From Desulfobacterales bacterium (GTDB lineage Bacteria > Desulfobacterota > Desulfobacteria > Desulfobacterales > UBA11574), in contig JAAXQD010000119.1 of NCBI GenBank assembly GCA_012974475.1, positions 1 to 34,410 on the forward strand: a stretch of DNA of 34,410 bases, given 5' to 3'. Below, one piece after another: positions 25,717 through 34,410 of this stretch. The position numbers and the translations under genes are program-made. The notes under the pieces were generated by a model. It made no database searches, had not been told where the DNA came from, and saw only the letters and a list, made by a program, of their open reading frames with translations. Every line of letters starts with the position of its first letter. Position 1 is the first letter of the stretch.

Positions 25717-26675
25717 TGTCCAAGACAACCAAAACGCACGGTGCAAATCGGTATCACGTTGCTGCTATTTTATTCTTATTCCTAATTTTATCACTGATTG
25801 GAGGGTGTACAACCTACTCGTCCATGGAGAGAAAAACCAAGCGAATGGTCAGAGATCTTCGGGCTCCAGACAGTGATCTGAAAAAAAGGATTGGCATTAC
25901 GCTTTTTGAAAACAAAACCGCTTTTTCTGATACGGAGATGCAACAAAGCTTTTTAATCGATCTGACGGAAAAGATAATGTCTTCATGTCCGGACGTCCTT
26001 TTGGAAAAACCGGGCGATTCCGGATATCCCGATTTTTTGGTAAAGTTACCCAGAAAGGCGTCCGGACGGATCGGCAACTACGATCTGGCCAAGTCCGGCA
26101 GACGGTCCGGTTTGAATTCAATTGTAACCGGAGCGTTAAATGATGTCAGAATCGATAAAAGGAAAAAGGGAATCTGGTGGTTTAAAGACATTCATCACTA
26201 CGTCCAAGTGCAGATTGTAGCTGAAGTATACGATACCGAGACCGGCGCAAAGCTTCTCGACGAAAGTTTTATGCGTGAAATCGAAATCGATGAATCAGAC
26301 TTGGAATCCACCGGTGCAGACGCTGAAATCAAGGCGTATATAAAAGATGATATTTTTAAGCAAATCGCCATTGATACGGGCGAAAAAATCTGCAATGCCG
26401 TGGTGTTAGATCCCTGGACAGGATACATTACTTCGACCGTTGACGATAAGATCATCCTATCCTCTGGAGAACGGGTGGGAATAAAGCCCGGGGACATATT
26501 TGAAGTTTATAACAGTATGGATACCTTCCAGGGCGTGGACGGTCACCGATTCTTTATACCCGGTCTTAAGACCGGAGAGATAGAAATAACTGCCGTCTAT
26601 CCCGACACTGCTGAAGCTGTTCTTATTTCAGGGCAAGATATTCGGGCAGGCTTTACGGTTCGGCCAAAAGATTAA
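25716..26675 (+). CDS. Lipoprotein with CsgG/FlgT-like architecture
   Basis: Lipobox LIGG-C after a hydrophobic stretch; IGITLFEN and VYDTETG; C-terminal beta-barrel pattern G...GIKPGDIFEVY. Confidence 0.65.
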   Translation: MSKTTKTHGANRYHVAAILFLFLILSLIGGCTTYSSMERKTKRMVRDLRAPDSDLKKRIGITLFENKTAFSDTEMQQSFLIDLTEKIMSSCPDVLLEKPGDSGYPDFLVKLPRKASGRIGNYDLAKSGRRSGLNSIVTGALNDVRIDKRKKGIWWFKDIHHYVQVQIVAEVYDTETGAKLLDESFMREIEIDESDLESTGADAEIKAYIKDDIFKQIAIDTGEKICNAVVLDPWTGYITSTVDDKIILSSGERVGIKPGDIFEVYNSMDTFQGVDGHRFFIPGLKTGEIEITAVYPDTAEAVLISGQDIRAGFTVRPKD

Positions 26676-26724
26676 TTCCACGGGCATAAAAAGTCTATCT
26701 TGCTCTTAAAAAACAAATGATCAA

Positions 26725-27717
26725 TTAGGGTTCAACTTTGTAAGCGACAATCGATCGGTCAACCCCCTTTACGGTGACCGAAGGGAGGGTTTCAACTTTT
26801 ATTTCGCCCGAAAATTTTTGAAACGTCGCATCGCTGATGAGGATTTCACCGCCCTTTGCCATGCTTTGCAGCCGTGCGGCGATATTGACCGGCATTCCTA
26901 TGGACGTAAATTCTTTGATTCTCAATGAACCCAAAATGCCGGAAAATACCTTTCCTGTTGATATGCCGATGCCGATTTTCAACCTCAATCCATTTTTTTT
27001 GTATAGTTTTTCATCGATTTTTTTTGCGCATCTCTGCATTTCCATGGCCGTTTCCACAGCACGGGTCGCATTGTCATCATCGGCCACCGGCGAGCCGAAA
27101 ACCACCATAATACTGTCACCAATATGTTTGTCCACGGTTCCGTTATACCGATAAGCGATCTCACCCAGCGGCGTGAAATAGTCGTTGTTTAAAAAGTCGG
27201 CGATTTTGTCAGGTTGAACATGCTGAGACATCCGGGTGAAATCGCGAATATCGGAAAAAAGAATCGAAGCTTCATGGTACGTCGGCTTCAGAACCCCCGA
27301 CGATTTTTCGATCTTTTGGTAAACCTGTTCGGACACAAACTGCTTGAGGCGCTTTCGAACGTGGATGGTGTGGATTTTGGCCCTGAGTTCCATATTGTCA
27401 AACGGTTTGGTTAGAAAACCGTCAATCCCGTCGTTGGTAGCCTGAATCGCCGCTTCCATGGTTGCGTATCCCGTAAGGACGATGCGGGTGATTTCAGGAT
27501 TGATGGATCCGATGATGGCGAGGGTTTCGATGCCGTCCAATCCCGGCATTTTGTAATCGGAAATTACCGTTGTCGTGTCAGAAATGTTCTCTTTCACAAA
27601 GGCAATGCCGGTTTCACCGTTTTCGGCGGTATGGGTATTATACGGCTCCTGTTTAAGGGCACGGACCACCGAACGCCGGATGCCTTCTTCGTCATCGATG
27701 AAAAGCAGTTTGTCCAT
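26725..27717 (-). CDS. Response-regulator receiver fused to class III adenylate cyclase
   Basis: REC: FIDDE, ISDYKMPGLDG, LTG, TKP. Cyclase: FSDIRDFT, DKHIGD, FTSIG, VNIAARL. Alternative start at 27738. Confidence 0.92.
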   Translation of the reverse strand: MDKLLFIDDEEGIRRSVVRALKQEPYNTHTAENGETGIAFVKENISDTTTVISDYKMPGLDGIETLAIIGSINPEITRIVLTGYATMEAAIQATNDGIDGFLTKPFDNMELRAKIHTIHVRKRLKQFVSEQVYQKIEKSSGVLKPTYHEASILFSDIRDFTRMSQHVQPDKIADFLNNDYFTPLGEIAYRYNGTVDKHIGDSIMVVFGSPVADDDNATRAVETAMEMQRCAKKIDEKLYKKNGLRLKIGIGISTGKVFSGILGSLRIKEFTSIGMPVNIAARLQSMAKGGEILISDATFQKFSGEIKVETLPSVTVKGVDRSIVAYKVEP

Positions 27718-27784
27718 CGGTTCTCTCTTGAACTGCATCAGCTCGCCCAGTTGAATTTCAGGGATTCAACAAGGCAAGCGCATT

Positions 27785-27837
27785 CCCTGCAAGCGTGTTG
27801 AAGCGTAGCGGAAATCCCGCCTTACGGAGCTGCAGGG
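27785..27837. repeat. REP-like inverted repeat with inserted GC-rich segment
   Basis: CCCTGCA (27785-27791) / TGCAGGG (27831-27837), enclosing GCGG-AAATC-CCGC. Confidence 0.4.
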
Positions 27838-27884
27838 CGCTTCAAACTTTGGAAGTTGATGGAATTCGACCTCGAACTCTGTAA

Positions 27885-27900
27885 ATCAATTTTTGTGCCA
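27885..27900 (-). promoter_or_regulatory. Putative sigma54 (-24/-12) promoter for the adenylate cyclase
   Basis: TGGCAC-AAAAA-TTGAT versus consensus TGGCAC-N5-TTGCW (one mismatch). Confidence 0.6.
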
Positions 27901-28276
27901 AAACCGGATTTCTTTTAAACCCATTGGAAACGTTGGGGTCGATTCAGCACCGTATACTTGAAATTCTTTGTTTTAAAGACGGTTACGGTGGTTAAAATTT
28001 TCCATCTTGATGATTTTGGTTTGCGCATTTAATCGAACCATAAAATCCATAAAAGCAGAATGCACAGAAAACGGTTCATATGCGCACATGTTTTTGTGCA
28101 TTTTGACGCCGGCGATGAACCGATAACCACGCGGGACGTATAAACAATCTTTAGAAATTTCTTTTCGATACCGAAAGGAAAAAAGACCAAATAGTGTCTT
28201 GATATATCGTTGATAAAAAGTTATAAGATAAAATTTTTAGTATCCAGCTATACAGAATCTTCGAGGGTTAAAACTG

Positions 28277-29845
28277 ATGACGTCGCCGAATTATAAATCC
28301 TGGCCTTTCAGAGAGGCCGACAAGTTACGCAAACGATTTTCAAAATCCGTAAATATTCCCGTCCAGTTTGAAACCGGCTTTGGACCCAGTGGGTTACCCC
28401 ATATCGGCACATTTGCCGAGATCGCTCGAACGACCTGGATACGCCGGGCCTTCGAATTTTCAACCCAGCGTCAAACCCAACTCATTGCTTTTAGTGATGA
28501 TATGGACGGTTTGAGAAAAGTACCCTTAAATATGCCGCAACAGGAAATGTTGACTGAAAATTTGGGGAAGCCCCTATGTCGCATCCCCGATCCATTTGAT
28601 GCGTGTGAAAGTTATAGCGCATATATGAACAAAAAATTGCGTGAATTTTTGGATAGCTACAAATTTGATTATGTGTTTCAAAGTTCATATGAAGCCTATA
28701 CCCGGGGTGATTTTAATGAAGGTTTGGCCATCATCCTTCAAAAGGTTGAAGATATCAAACGGATAATTCTCCCCACCATGGGTGAGGAAAAGCGTACAAA
28801 TTGGTCTCCGTTTTTCCCAATCTGCGAAAAATGCGGACGGATTTACAGCACCCGGGTGACCGCCTATGACGCTGAAAAAAATACCATCGACTACATCTGC
28901 GACCGAGAAGAAGGTTTGGTAAAAAATTGCGGAAATAAAGGGACGATTTCGATCTTTAACGGCCATGTCAAAGTGGGTTGGAAAATTGACTGGGCCTTGC
29001 GCTGGTATGCTTATGACATTGGATATGAGATGTATGGAAAAGATCTGATCGAATCCGCAAAGCTTTCCGGTAAGATTATCCGGTTAATGGGCAAACAGCC
29101 CCCCATAGGATTGTTCTATGAACTCTTTTTAGACGAAAAGGGTCGGAAGATTTCAAAGAGCATCGGTAAAGGGTTAACCATAGAATCTTGGATGAGTTAC
29201 GCTCCGTTAGAGTCTTTGTTGTACTATATTTTTCAGAACCCAAAGCAAGCGAAGCGGCTCTTTTGGGGGATTGTACCAAAATCGGTGGATGAATACCTCG
29301 CGGGTTTAAATAATTACGAAAAATTGGATGCCGAGAAAAAGCCTGATTCGACGATTTGGCACCTTTTTAATCAGGGCACAGCGGTTCCTGATTACAGGAC
29401 ATCCATCAATTTTTCATTGATCAACAACCTCATTTCAGCGGTGGGTGCGGATGATATAGACTTAATATTAGAATATCTAAAACGCTATGATCCTTCTATG
29501 GATGAGTTCAGCGCTGTCATAGAAGATTTGGTAAAGAAGGCCATGAACTACTATCGGGATTTTATCTTGCCGAACAAGCATTATCGCACCCCGACCGAAA
29601 AAGAAAAAGAGATGTTAAAAGGTCTTCGGGATGAACTCGCAAATTATGATGGCGATGATGAAAACGAAATTCAATCCATCCCGTTTTCGGTGGCTCGATC
29701 GTTTGATGAATCGCCAAAGAACTTTTTTAAAACCTTTTATGAAGTGGTTTTTGGTCAAGAACGTGGACCGCGCTTTGGAACCTTTGTGCAACTGGTTGGC
29801 AAGGAAAAAGCCCTTTCATTGTTGGATACGGCCGCCAACACCTGA
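28277..29845 (+). CDS. lysS: Lysine--tRNA ligase, class I (LysRS1)
   Basis: FETGFGPSGLPHIGT (HIGH), SDDMDGLRKVP, WKIDWALRW, YEMYGKD, KISKS (KMSKS), GPRFGTF. Confidence 0.95.
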   Translation: MTSPNYKSWPFREADKLRKRFSKSVNIPVQFETGFGPSGLPHIGTFAEIARTTWIRRAFEFSTQRQTQLIAFSDDMDGLRKVPLNMPQQEMLTENLGKPLCRIPDPFDACESYSAYMNKKLREFLDSYKFDYVFQSSYEAYTRGDFNEGLAIILQKVEDIKRIILPTMGEEKRTNWSPFFPICEKCGRIYSTRVTAYDAEKNTIDYICDREEGLVKNCGNKGTISIFNGHVKVGWKIDWALRWYAYDIGYEMYGKDLIESAKLSGKIIRLMGKQPPIGLFYELFLDEKGRKISKSIGKGLTIESWMSYAPLESLLYYIFQNPKQAKRLFWGIVPKSVDEYLAGLNNYEKLDAEKKPDSTIWHLFNQGTAVPDYRTSINFSLINNLISAVGADDIDLILEYLKRYDPSMDEFSAVIEDLVKKAMNYYRDFILPNKHYRTPTEKEKEMLKGLRDELANYDGDDENEIQSIPFSVARSFDESPKNFFKTFYEVVFGQERGPRFGTFVQLVGKEKALSLLDTAANT

Positions 29846-30056
29846 TTCTGACATGGATGGCCCCAGTTGTTCCCAAGGGGCCCGGACATTGGGGATCGGT
29901 TTTCCGACCATAAACCAACGGTCCTCTTACCTTTATTATGGGTCATCAAATCCGACCCATTCAACATTGCAACCAATTGATATCATAAATTTAATATGCT
30001 GTTGCGGCCGTGATGGGACCGTCGGTTCGAGCCGGATCAGGAGCACCGAACATTTC

Positions 30057-30092
30057 AAAAAAAGTCGGTCTGTCTGGCCGGCTCTTTTTCTT
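30057..30092. terminator. Possible bidirectional intrinsic terminator
   Basis: A7 run, GTCGGTC-TGTCT-GGCCGGC stem (two G-U pairs), then TCTTTTTCTT. Confidence 0.45.
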
Positions 30093-30195
30093 GGACGCTC
30101 TCTTTTTACTCAACCCCTCCCCCTTCTTCCCTTGACATAACAATTGTATTGGCTTAAAAAACCTTGTCATTTTGTTAACAAAACGTTGATGCGTC

Positions 30196-30765
30196 ATGAT
30201 TAAAAAAAATCGTATGTCCTATCCGTGTTCTTCGCTTATTACCGGCGTTGTCATATGCACGGTTCTGGTGATGATGCCCTTTAAGTCCTGGGGATTGGAT
30301 CAATTCGGGCAAAAACCAAGATTCGTTGAAGCACAACATTCAGACAAGTCTGTTGTCCATCTGTATTTTTCCGACAAAAACAATTCGTTTCTCATTGCAG
30401 AAGCGTGGAATCTGGGTCATTCTGACAATCCGGCTGAATTTGGCAAAGTCATCGTCGAAGCTCTGGCAAACGGTCCCCGCACAGGACTTATCCGGACGCT
30501 TCCTGAAGGTACGACCCTCAATGCATTCTATGTTACCCGGGATGGAACCGCGTATGTCGATCTGTCGGATAAAATAAGGCAGGCTCACCCCGGCGGAATT
30601 AAATCGGAACTTTTTATTATTTATTCAATCGTAAATTCATTGATATTGAATATCCCTGAAATCGACGCGGTGAAGATCCTTATCGGCGGACATGACGCCA
30701 TGACGCTGGCCGGCCATATCGATCTTCGCTTTCCCTTTAAAGCCAACATGCTTCTGATACGATGA
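30196..30765 (+). CDS. GerMN domain protein
   Basis: N-terminal hydrophobic anchor; LYF, L..GP, P.GT.L, AYVDLS, E...[14 protein letters not shown]. Confidence 0.88.
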   Translation: MIKKNRMSYPCSSLITGVVICTVLVMMPFKSWGLDQFGQKPRFVEAQHSDKSVVHLYFSDKNNSFLIAEAWNLGHSDNPAEFGKVIVEALANGPRTGLIRTLPEGTTLNAFYVTRDGTAYVDLSDKIRQAHPGGIKSELFIIYSIVNSLILNIPEIDAVKILIGGHDAMTLAGHIDLRFPFKANMLLIR

Positions 30766-32795
30766 AAAAAAAGATCCACATAAAAAATATAAGGAATATC
30801 GGCATTATCGCCCATATTGACGCCGGCAAGACCACCGTAACAGAGCGTATACTTTACTATACGGGCCGCTCCCACAAAATCGGCGAAGTTCATGACGGTG
30901 AAGCGGTTATGGACTGGATGCCCGATGAACAGGAACGGGGCATTACGATTACCTCTGCCGTTACAACCTGTCACTGGAAGGGGTGCACGATCCAGATCAT
31001 CGATACACCGGGGCATGTCGATTTTACCATCGAAGTTGAACGTTCGCTGAGAGTCCTCGACGGTGCCATCGGCGTCTTCTGCGCGGTTGGCGGTGTAGAA
31101 CCCCAGTCGGAAACCGTATGGCGACAGGCGGACAAATATCGGGTTCCAAAGATTGCCTTGGTCAATAAGCTCGACCGGGTGGGTGCCGATTTCTTGGGCA
31201 CAATCGAAATGATGAAAGAGAGACTGCGTGCGAATCCGCTTATTTTACAACTTCCGGTTGGCGCCGAAGATGATTTTACAGGCGTCATCGATCTCATCAA
31301 TATGAAACAGATTATCTGGGAAGCCGAGACCCTGGGTGCTACGTATAGTTCGGAGGAGATCCCTCCGAGCCTGCTCGATTCCGCAACGGAATATCATGAA
31401 AAACTTATTGAAACCGTCGCTGAAGTCGATGATGATATCATGGAAGATTATTTATCAGAAACACCGATTGCCCCGGAAAATCTGATTGCTGCCATACGAA
31501 GGGCAACCATAGACTTGAAGCTGGTTCCGGTTTTTTGCGGCAGTGCGCTGAGAAACAAAGGGATACAACCGCTCCTTGACGCCATTGTGATGTTTCTTCC
31601 GAGTCCTGTAGACATCCCCCCCATCAAAGGTGTACACCCTGAAACCGGAGATTCGATGGTATGCAACGCCAAAGACACGGAACCCCTTGCGGCGCTCATA
31701 TTCAAAGTCGCCATGTCAGAAGGCCGCAAACTGTCCTATGTAAGAATTTACAGCGGGACAATGCGCGTCAAAGCCGATACTTATAACCCTTCTCGGAAAA
31801 TAAATGAAAAACTTTCCCGAATATTGGAAATGCACGCCAACAAAAGGGAGCGGATCGATGCTGCCGGTGCCGGAAGTATTGTCGGGGTTGTTGGATTGAA
31901 GGAATCGACTACCGGCGAAACACTCTGCTCTATGGATCATCCTGTTTTGCTGGAAAAAATGGAGTTCTACGAGCCGGTCATTTCTGTGGCTGTGGAGCCA
32001 AAGACCCAAGCTGATCAAGAAAAATTCGATCACGTCCTTGAAAAATTTATGGCTGAAGACCCGACCCTCAAGCTTAAAAAGGATGACGATACCGGACAGA
32101 CAATTTTGTCCGGTATGGGAGAGCTTCATCTTGAAGTTATCATCAGCCGCATGCAGCGTGAATTTAAAACCAATGTAAACGTGGGAAAACCTCAGGTTGT
32201 CTACAGGGAAACCATTGCAAAAAAGGGGCGGGCATCTGCTGTATTCGACAAGGAGGTTGCGGGGCAGCGACACTTTGCCGAAGTAACCTTGAAACTGATA
32301 CCACTGGACCGAGGTGTTGAAAAAAGATTCAGATCTGAAGTGGACAATGAAACCATACCGGATGTCTTTATTCCCGCTATCAAAGAAGGGGTGATGGAAT
32401 CTTTGGAAAGCGGTTCGCTGATGGGCTACCCGGTTGTGGATGTAGAAGTGGTTCTCATGGGCGGGGTGTATAAAGAATCCCTGAGCACGGAATTGGCGTT
32501 TAAAGTCAGTGCATCCATGGCGTGCAAAACAGCGATTGAAACCTGTAAGCCATTTCTCCTTGATCCGATTATGAATGTGGAAATTTTTATTTCAGAAGCT
32601 GTCATGGGCGATGTTATCGGGGACCTTAATTCCCGCGGTGGAAAAATTGAATCCATTGAACACAAAATGGGGGCAAATGTTATCAAAGCCATCGTTCCGC
32701 TTTCACGCATGTTCGGGTACTCAACCTCATTACGATCGGCAACTCAGGGCAGAGGGACATTTACAATGCAGTTCTCTCATTTTGACCGGTCTTGA
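30762..32795 (+). CDS. fusA: Elongation factor G paralogue (outside the str operon)
   Basis: [51 protein letters not shown]; ATGA overlap with the GerMN gene. Confidence 0.93.
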   Translation: MKKKIHIKNIRNIGIIAHIDAGKTTVTERILYYTGRSHKIGEVHDGEAVMDWMPDEQERGITITSAVTTCHWKGCTIQIIDTPGHVDFTIEVERSLRVLDGAIGVFCAVGGVEPQSETVWRQADKYRVPKIALVNKLDRVGADFLGTIEMMKERLRANPLILQLPVGAEDDFTGVIDLINMKQIIWEAETLGATYSSEEIPPSLLDSATEYHEKLIETVAEVDDDIMEDYLSETPIAPENLIAAIRRATIDLKLVPVFCGSALRNKGIQPLLDAIVMFLPSPVDIPPIKGVHPETGDSMVCNAKDTEPLAALIFKVAMSEGRKLSYVRIYSGTMRVKADTYNPSRKINEKLSRILEMHANKRERIDAAGAGSIVGVVGLKESTTGETLCSMDHPVLLEKMEFYEPVISVAVEPKTQADQEKFDHVLEKFMAEDPTLKLKKDDDTGQTILSGMGELHLEVIISRMQREFKTNVNVGKPQVVYRETIAKKGRASAVFDKEVAGQRHFAEVTLKLIPLDRGVEKRFRSEVDNETIPDVFIPAIKEGVMESLESGSLMGYPVVDVEVVLMGGVYKESLSTELAFKVSASMACKTAIETCKPFLLDPIMNVEIFISEAVMGDVIGDLNSRGGKIESIEHKMGANVIKAIVPLSRMFGYSTSLRSATQGRGTFTMQFSHFDRS

Positions 32796-32817
32796 CGGCA
32801 ACCGGTTTCAAAACCTC

Positions 32818-34236
32818 CTATTTTTCAGCTTTCGCTTTTTCTATCTGCTTTCCTTTGACGTCTTTCAACATGTTTTCAATAACGGCCCTTTTATTTGGAT
32901 CATCCATAAGCTCCAAGGCCTTTTTCAGATGAAAAGCGGCATTTTTCAAATCCCCTTTTTTTTCGTAATAAATCCCCAAATTATAATGGGCATCATCTAG
33001 TTTTCCAAGCTTCCCATAGGTTTCACCCAGGAAATAAAAGGCACGTGGATAGTTGTATTTTTTTGCGATCAGCGCTTCAAACGTGGCGGCTGCATCCGTA
33101 AGATGTCCCAGCTCTGCCTGGGTTCGTCCGAGATAAAAGAGAATTTCCGGATCATTGGAAATGATGCTGGCGGCGCCTTCGAGAATGCGGGATGCTTGCT
33201 CATACTGGCCGTCGTTGAAATAGATCAGGCCAAGATCTTTCAAGATATAAGGATCGAATGCTCTTTTGCCCAATGCTGCTTTAAGCTGCTCAACGGCACC
33301 TTTGGGGTCACCTTCCCTTTCCAGAACCAGGCCGTATCCGTAATGTGCCAACGGATTGGCAGGATTCTTTTTCACCGCCGATTTAAACTGTATGAGTGCG
33401 GTGCTTTTATCCCCGTAAACAGCAACAAGTCGTGTGTGAGCCCTTTCAAAATAATAAGGATCCATCGGCGCTGCCTTTTTTTTATGTTTCTCGAGCCAGG
33501 TGTCGATATAGGCCATCCGTTCTTCTGCACCGGGATGTGTCTGTAAATACGTTGGAATCTCGTTTGAATCGAACCACCGTTTGCTCCGGATTTTTTTGAG
33601 TACATCCATCAGTCCTTTGCCGTTATATCCCGCTTTTCTTTCTATGTGGAGGCCGATCTGGTCCGCCTGCCTTTCGTCTTCACGGCTGTATGCCAAAGTC
33701 ATGGATTGAGCGGCAGCCATAGATCCCATGGTGACGGCATTGGCTGCTGCTGCTGCTCCCCCGGCGGCGCCAAGGAGCACACCGGCCACCATCCCGGCAA
33801 GGGTGGCCATGTTTATTTTTCGTGCCCTTTCTATTTTTTGGGAAATATGACGGCACACCACATGCGCTATTTCATGGGACAGTATACCTGCAAGTTCTTC
33901 TTCACTATCCATGGCTTCAAAGAGTCCGCTGTTTATAAAAATATGGCCTCCCGGGATTGCAAATGCATTATAAACATCTTCTTTTATGACATAAAAATGA
34001 TAGTAAAACGGCTGGGGAGGAAGCACCGAGAGTATTTTGTTGCCGACTTCATTGACATAGTTGGCGATAAGAGGATCATCGATAATCTCGTAGTGAGCTA
34101 AAACGACTTTTATGAATTCCCGTGATAGCTCCTCTTCTTCTTGTAGGGTAATGCCAAAAGCGCTTTGAGGCGAAAGAGTGCTCCCCATGATAATGAGCGC
34201 AACCCATAGCAAAGTCATTTTTTCGAAAAATTTCAT
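32818..34236 (-). CDS. M48-family metalloprotease with TPR repeats (BepA/YfgC-like)
   Basis: Signal peptide; NAFA.PGG, HEIAH, YSREDERQAD, THP; C-terminal TPRs; ATG 34236 after GAGG (alternative start 34266). Confidence 0.9.
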   Translation of the reverse strand: MKFFEKMTLLWVALIIMGSTLSPQSAFGITLQEEEELSREFIKVVLAHYEIIDDPLIANYVNEVGNKILSVLPPQPFYYHFYVIKEDVYNAFAIPGGHIFINSGLFEAMDSEEELAGILSHEIAHVVCRHISQKIERARKINMATLAGMVAGVLLGAAGGAAAAANAVTMGSMAAAQSMTLAYSREDERQADQIGLHIERKAGYNGKGLMDVLKKIRSKRWFDSNEIPTYLQTHPGAEERMAYIDTWLEKHKKKAAPMDPYYFERAHTRLVAVYGDKSTALIQFKSAVKKNPANPLAHYGYGLVLEREGDPKGAVEQLKAALGKRAFDPYILKDLGLIYFNDGQYEQASRILEGAASIISNDPEILFYLGRTQAELGHLTDAAATFEALIAKKYNYPRAFYFLGETYGKLGKLDDAHYNLGIYYEKKGDLKNAAFHLKKALELMDDPNKRAVIENMLKDVKGKQIEKAKAEK

Positions 34237-34410
34237 AGTTCCTCGACAGAAGAGACCGATCTCCATCGATTTTTTAATTCAACCAAAAACAAAACCGAAG
34301 GTACTATTTTTTATCCACTATTATTGAATATTCACTGGTTAATAGTCAATTCATATCTGCATATGCCTTTTCAAACATCATATTTTATGATAGAGTTTCG
34401 CGAACATGAC

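Noticed and set aside
29996-30048. tRNA-like GGTTCGAG and 3' GGAGCACC
   Set aside because: No 7-nt T-loop with a proper stem, no anticodon arm, no CCA and too short for a cloverleaf; it also lacks the SRP RNA GGAA-tetraloop motif
33743-33757. (GCT)5 trinucleotide repeat
   Set aside because: Encodes the Ala/Gly-rich segment normal in M48 proteases; in frame, so not a phase-variation tract
1-34410. CRISPR array, integrase, transposase, prophage, rRNA or tRNA-Sec
   Set aside because: No regularly spaced repeats or matching motifs were found by eye

Overview
Core-chromosome window of about 34 kb. The gene content and intergenic palindrome style suggest a Desulfobacterales-like deltaproteobacterium (inference). 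It holds an eight-gene futalosine-pathway menaquinone operon (UbiD/UbiA/UbiX-type genes, mqnE, mqnA, mqnC, mqnD and an MTAN/MqnB-type nucleosidase). It also carries priA, polA, queF, a class I lysyl-tRNA synthetase, an orphan EF-G paralogue, a receiver-adenylate cyclase and a BepA-like M48 protease. The main hidden signal is UGA recoding that the ORF track misses. selD starts at GTG 12557 and reads through TGA 12614 (CGUAAK), with a canonical SECIS-like hairpin. The two ORFs 19876..20103 and 20200..20607 are one in-frame 243-codon exported DUF1573-type protein, with TGA at the first Cys of its CGC motif (VKTG-U-GCT). That TGA is followed by a hairpin with the same geometry as the selD one (10-nt spacer, 7-bp stem) but a G-less loop. 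Other notable items are a small C4C4 RING-like protein, a stand-alone MucR/Ros N-terminal-like microprotein, an EF-G with a divergent domain IV, an IMPase with degenerate catalytic motifs, a PAS-regulator pseudogene, a sigma54-type promoter and several REP-like palindromes. No CRISPR array, rRNA, tRNA or transposase was seen. All family assignments come from motif recognition by eye; no database search was run.
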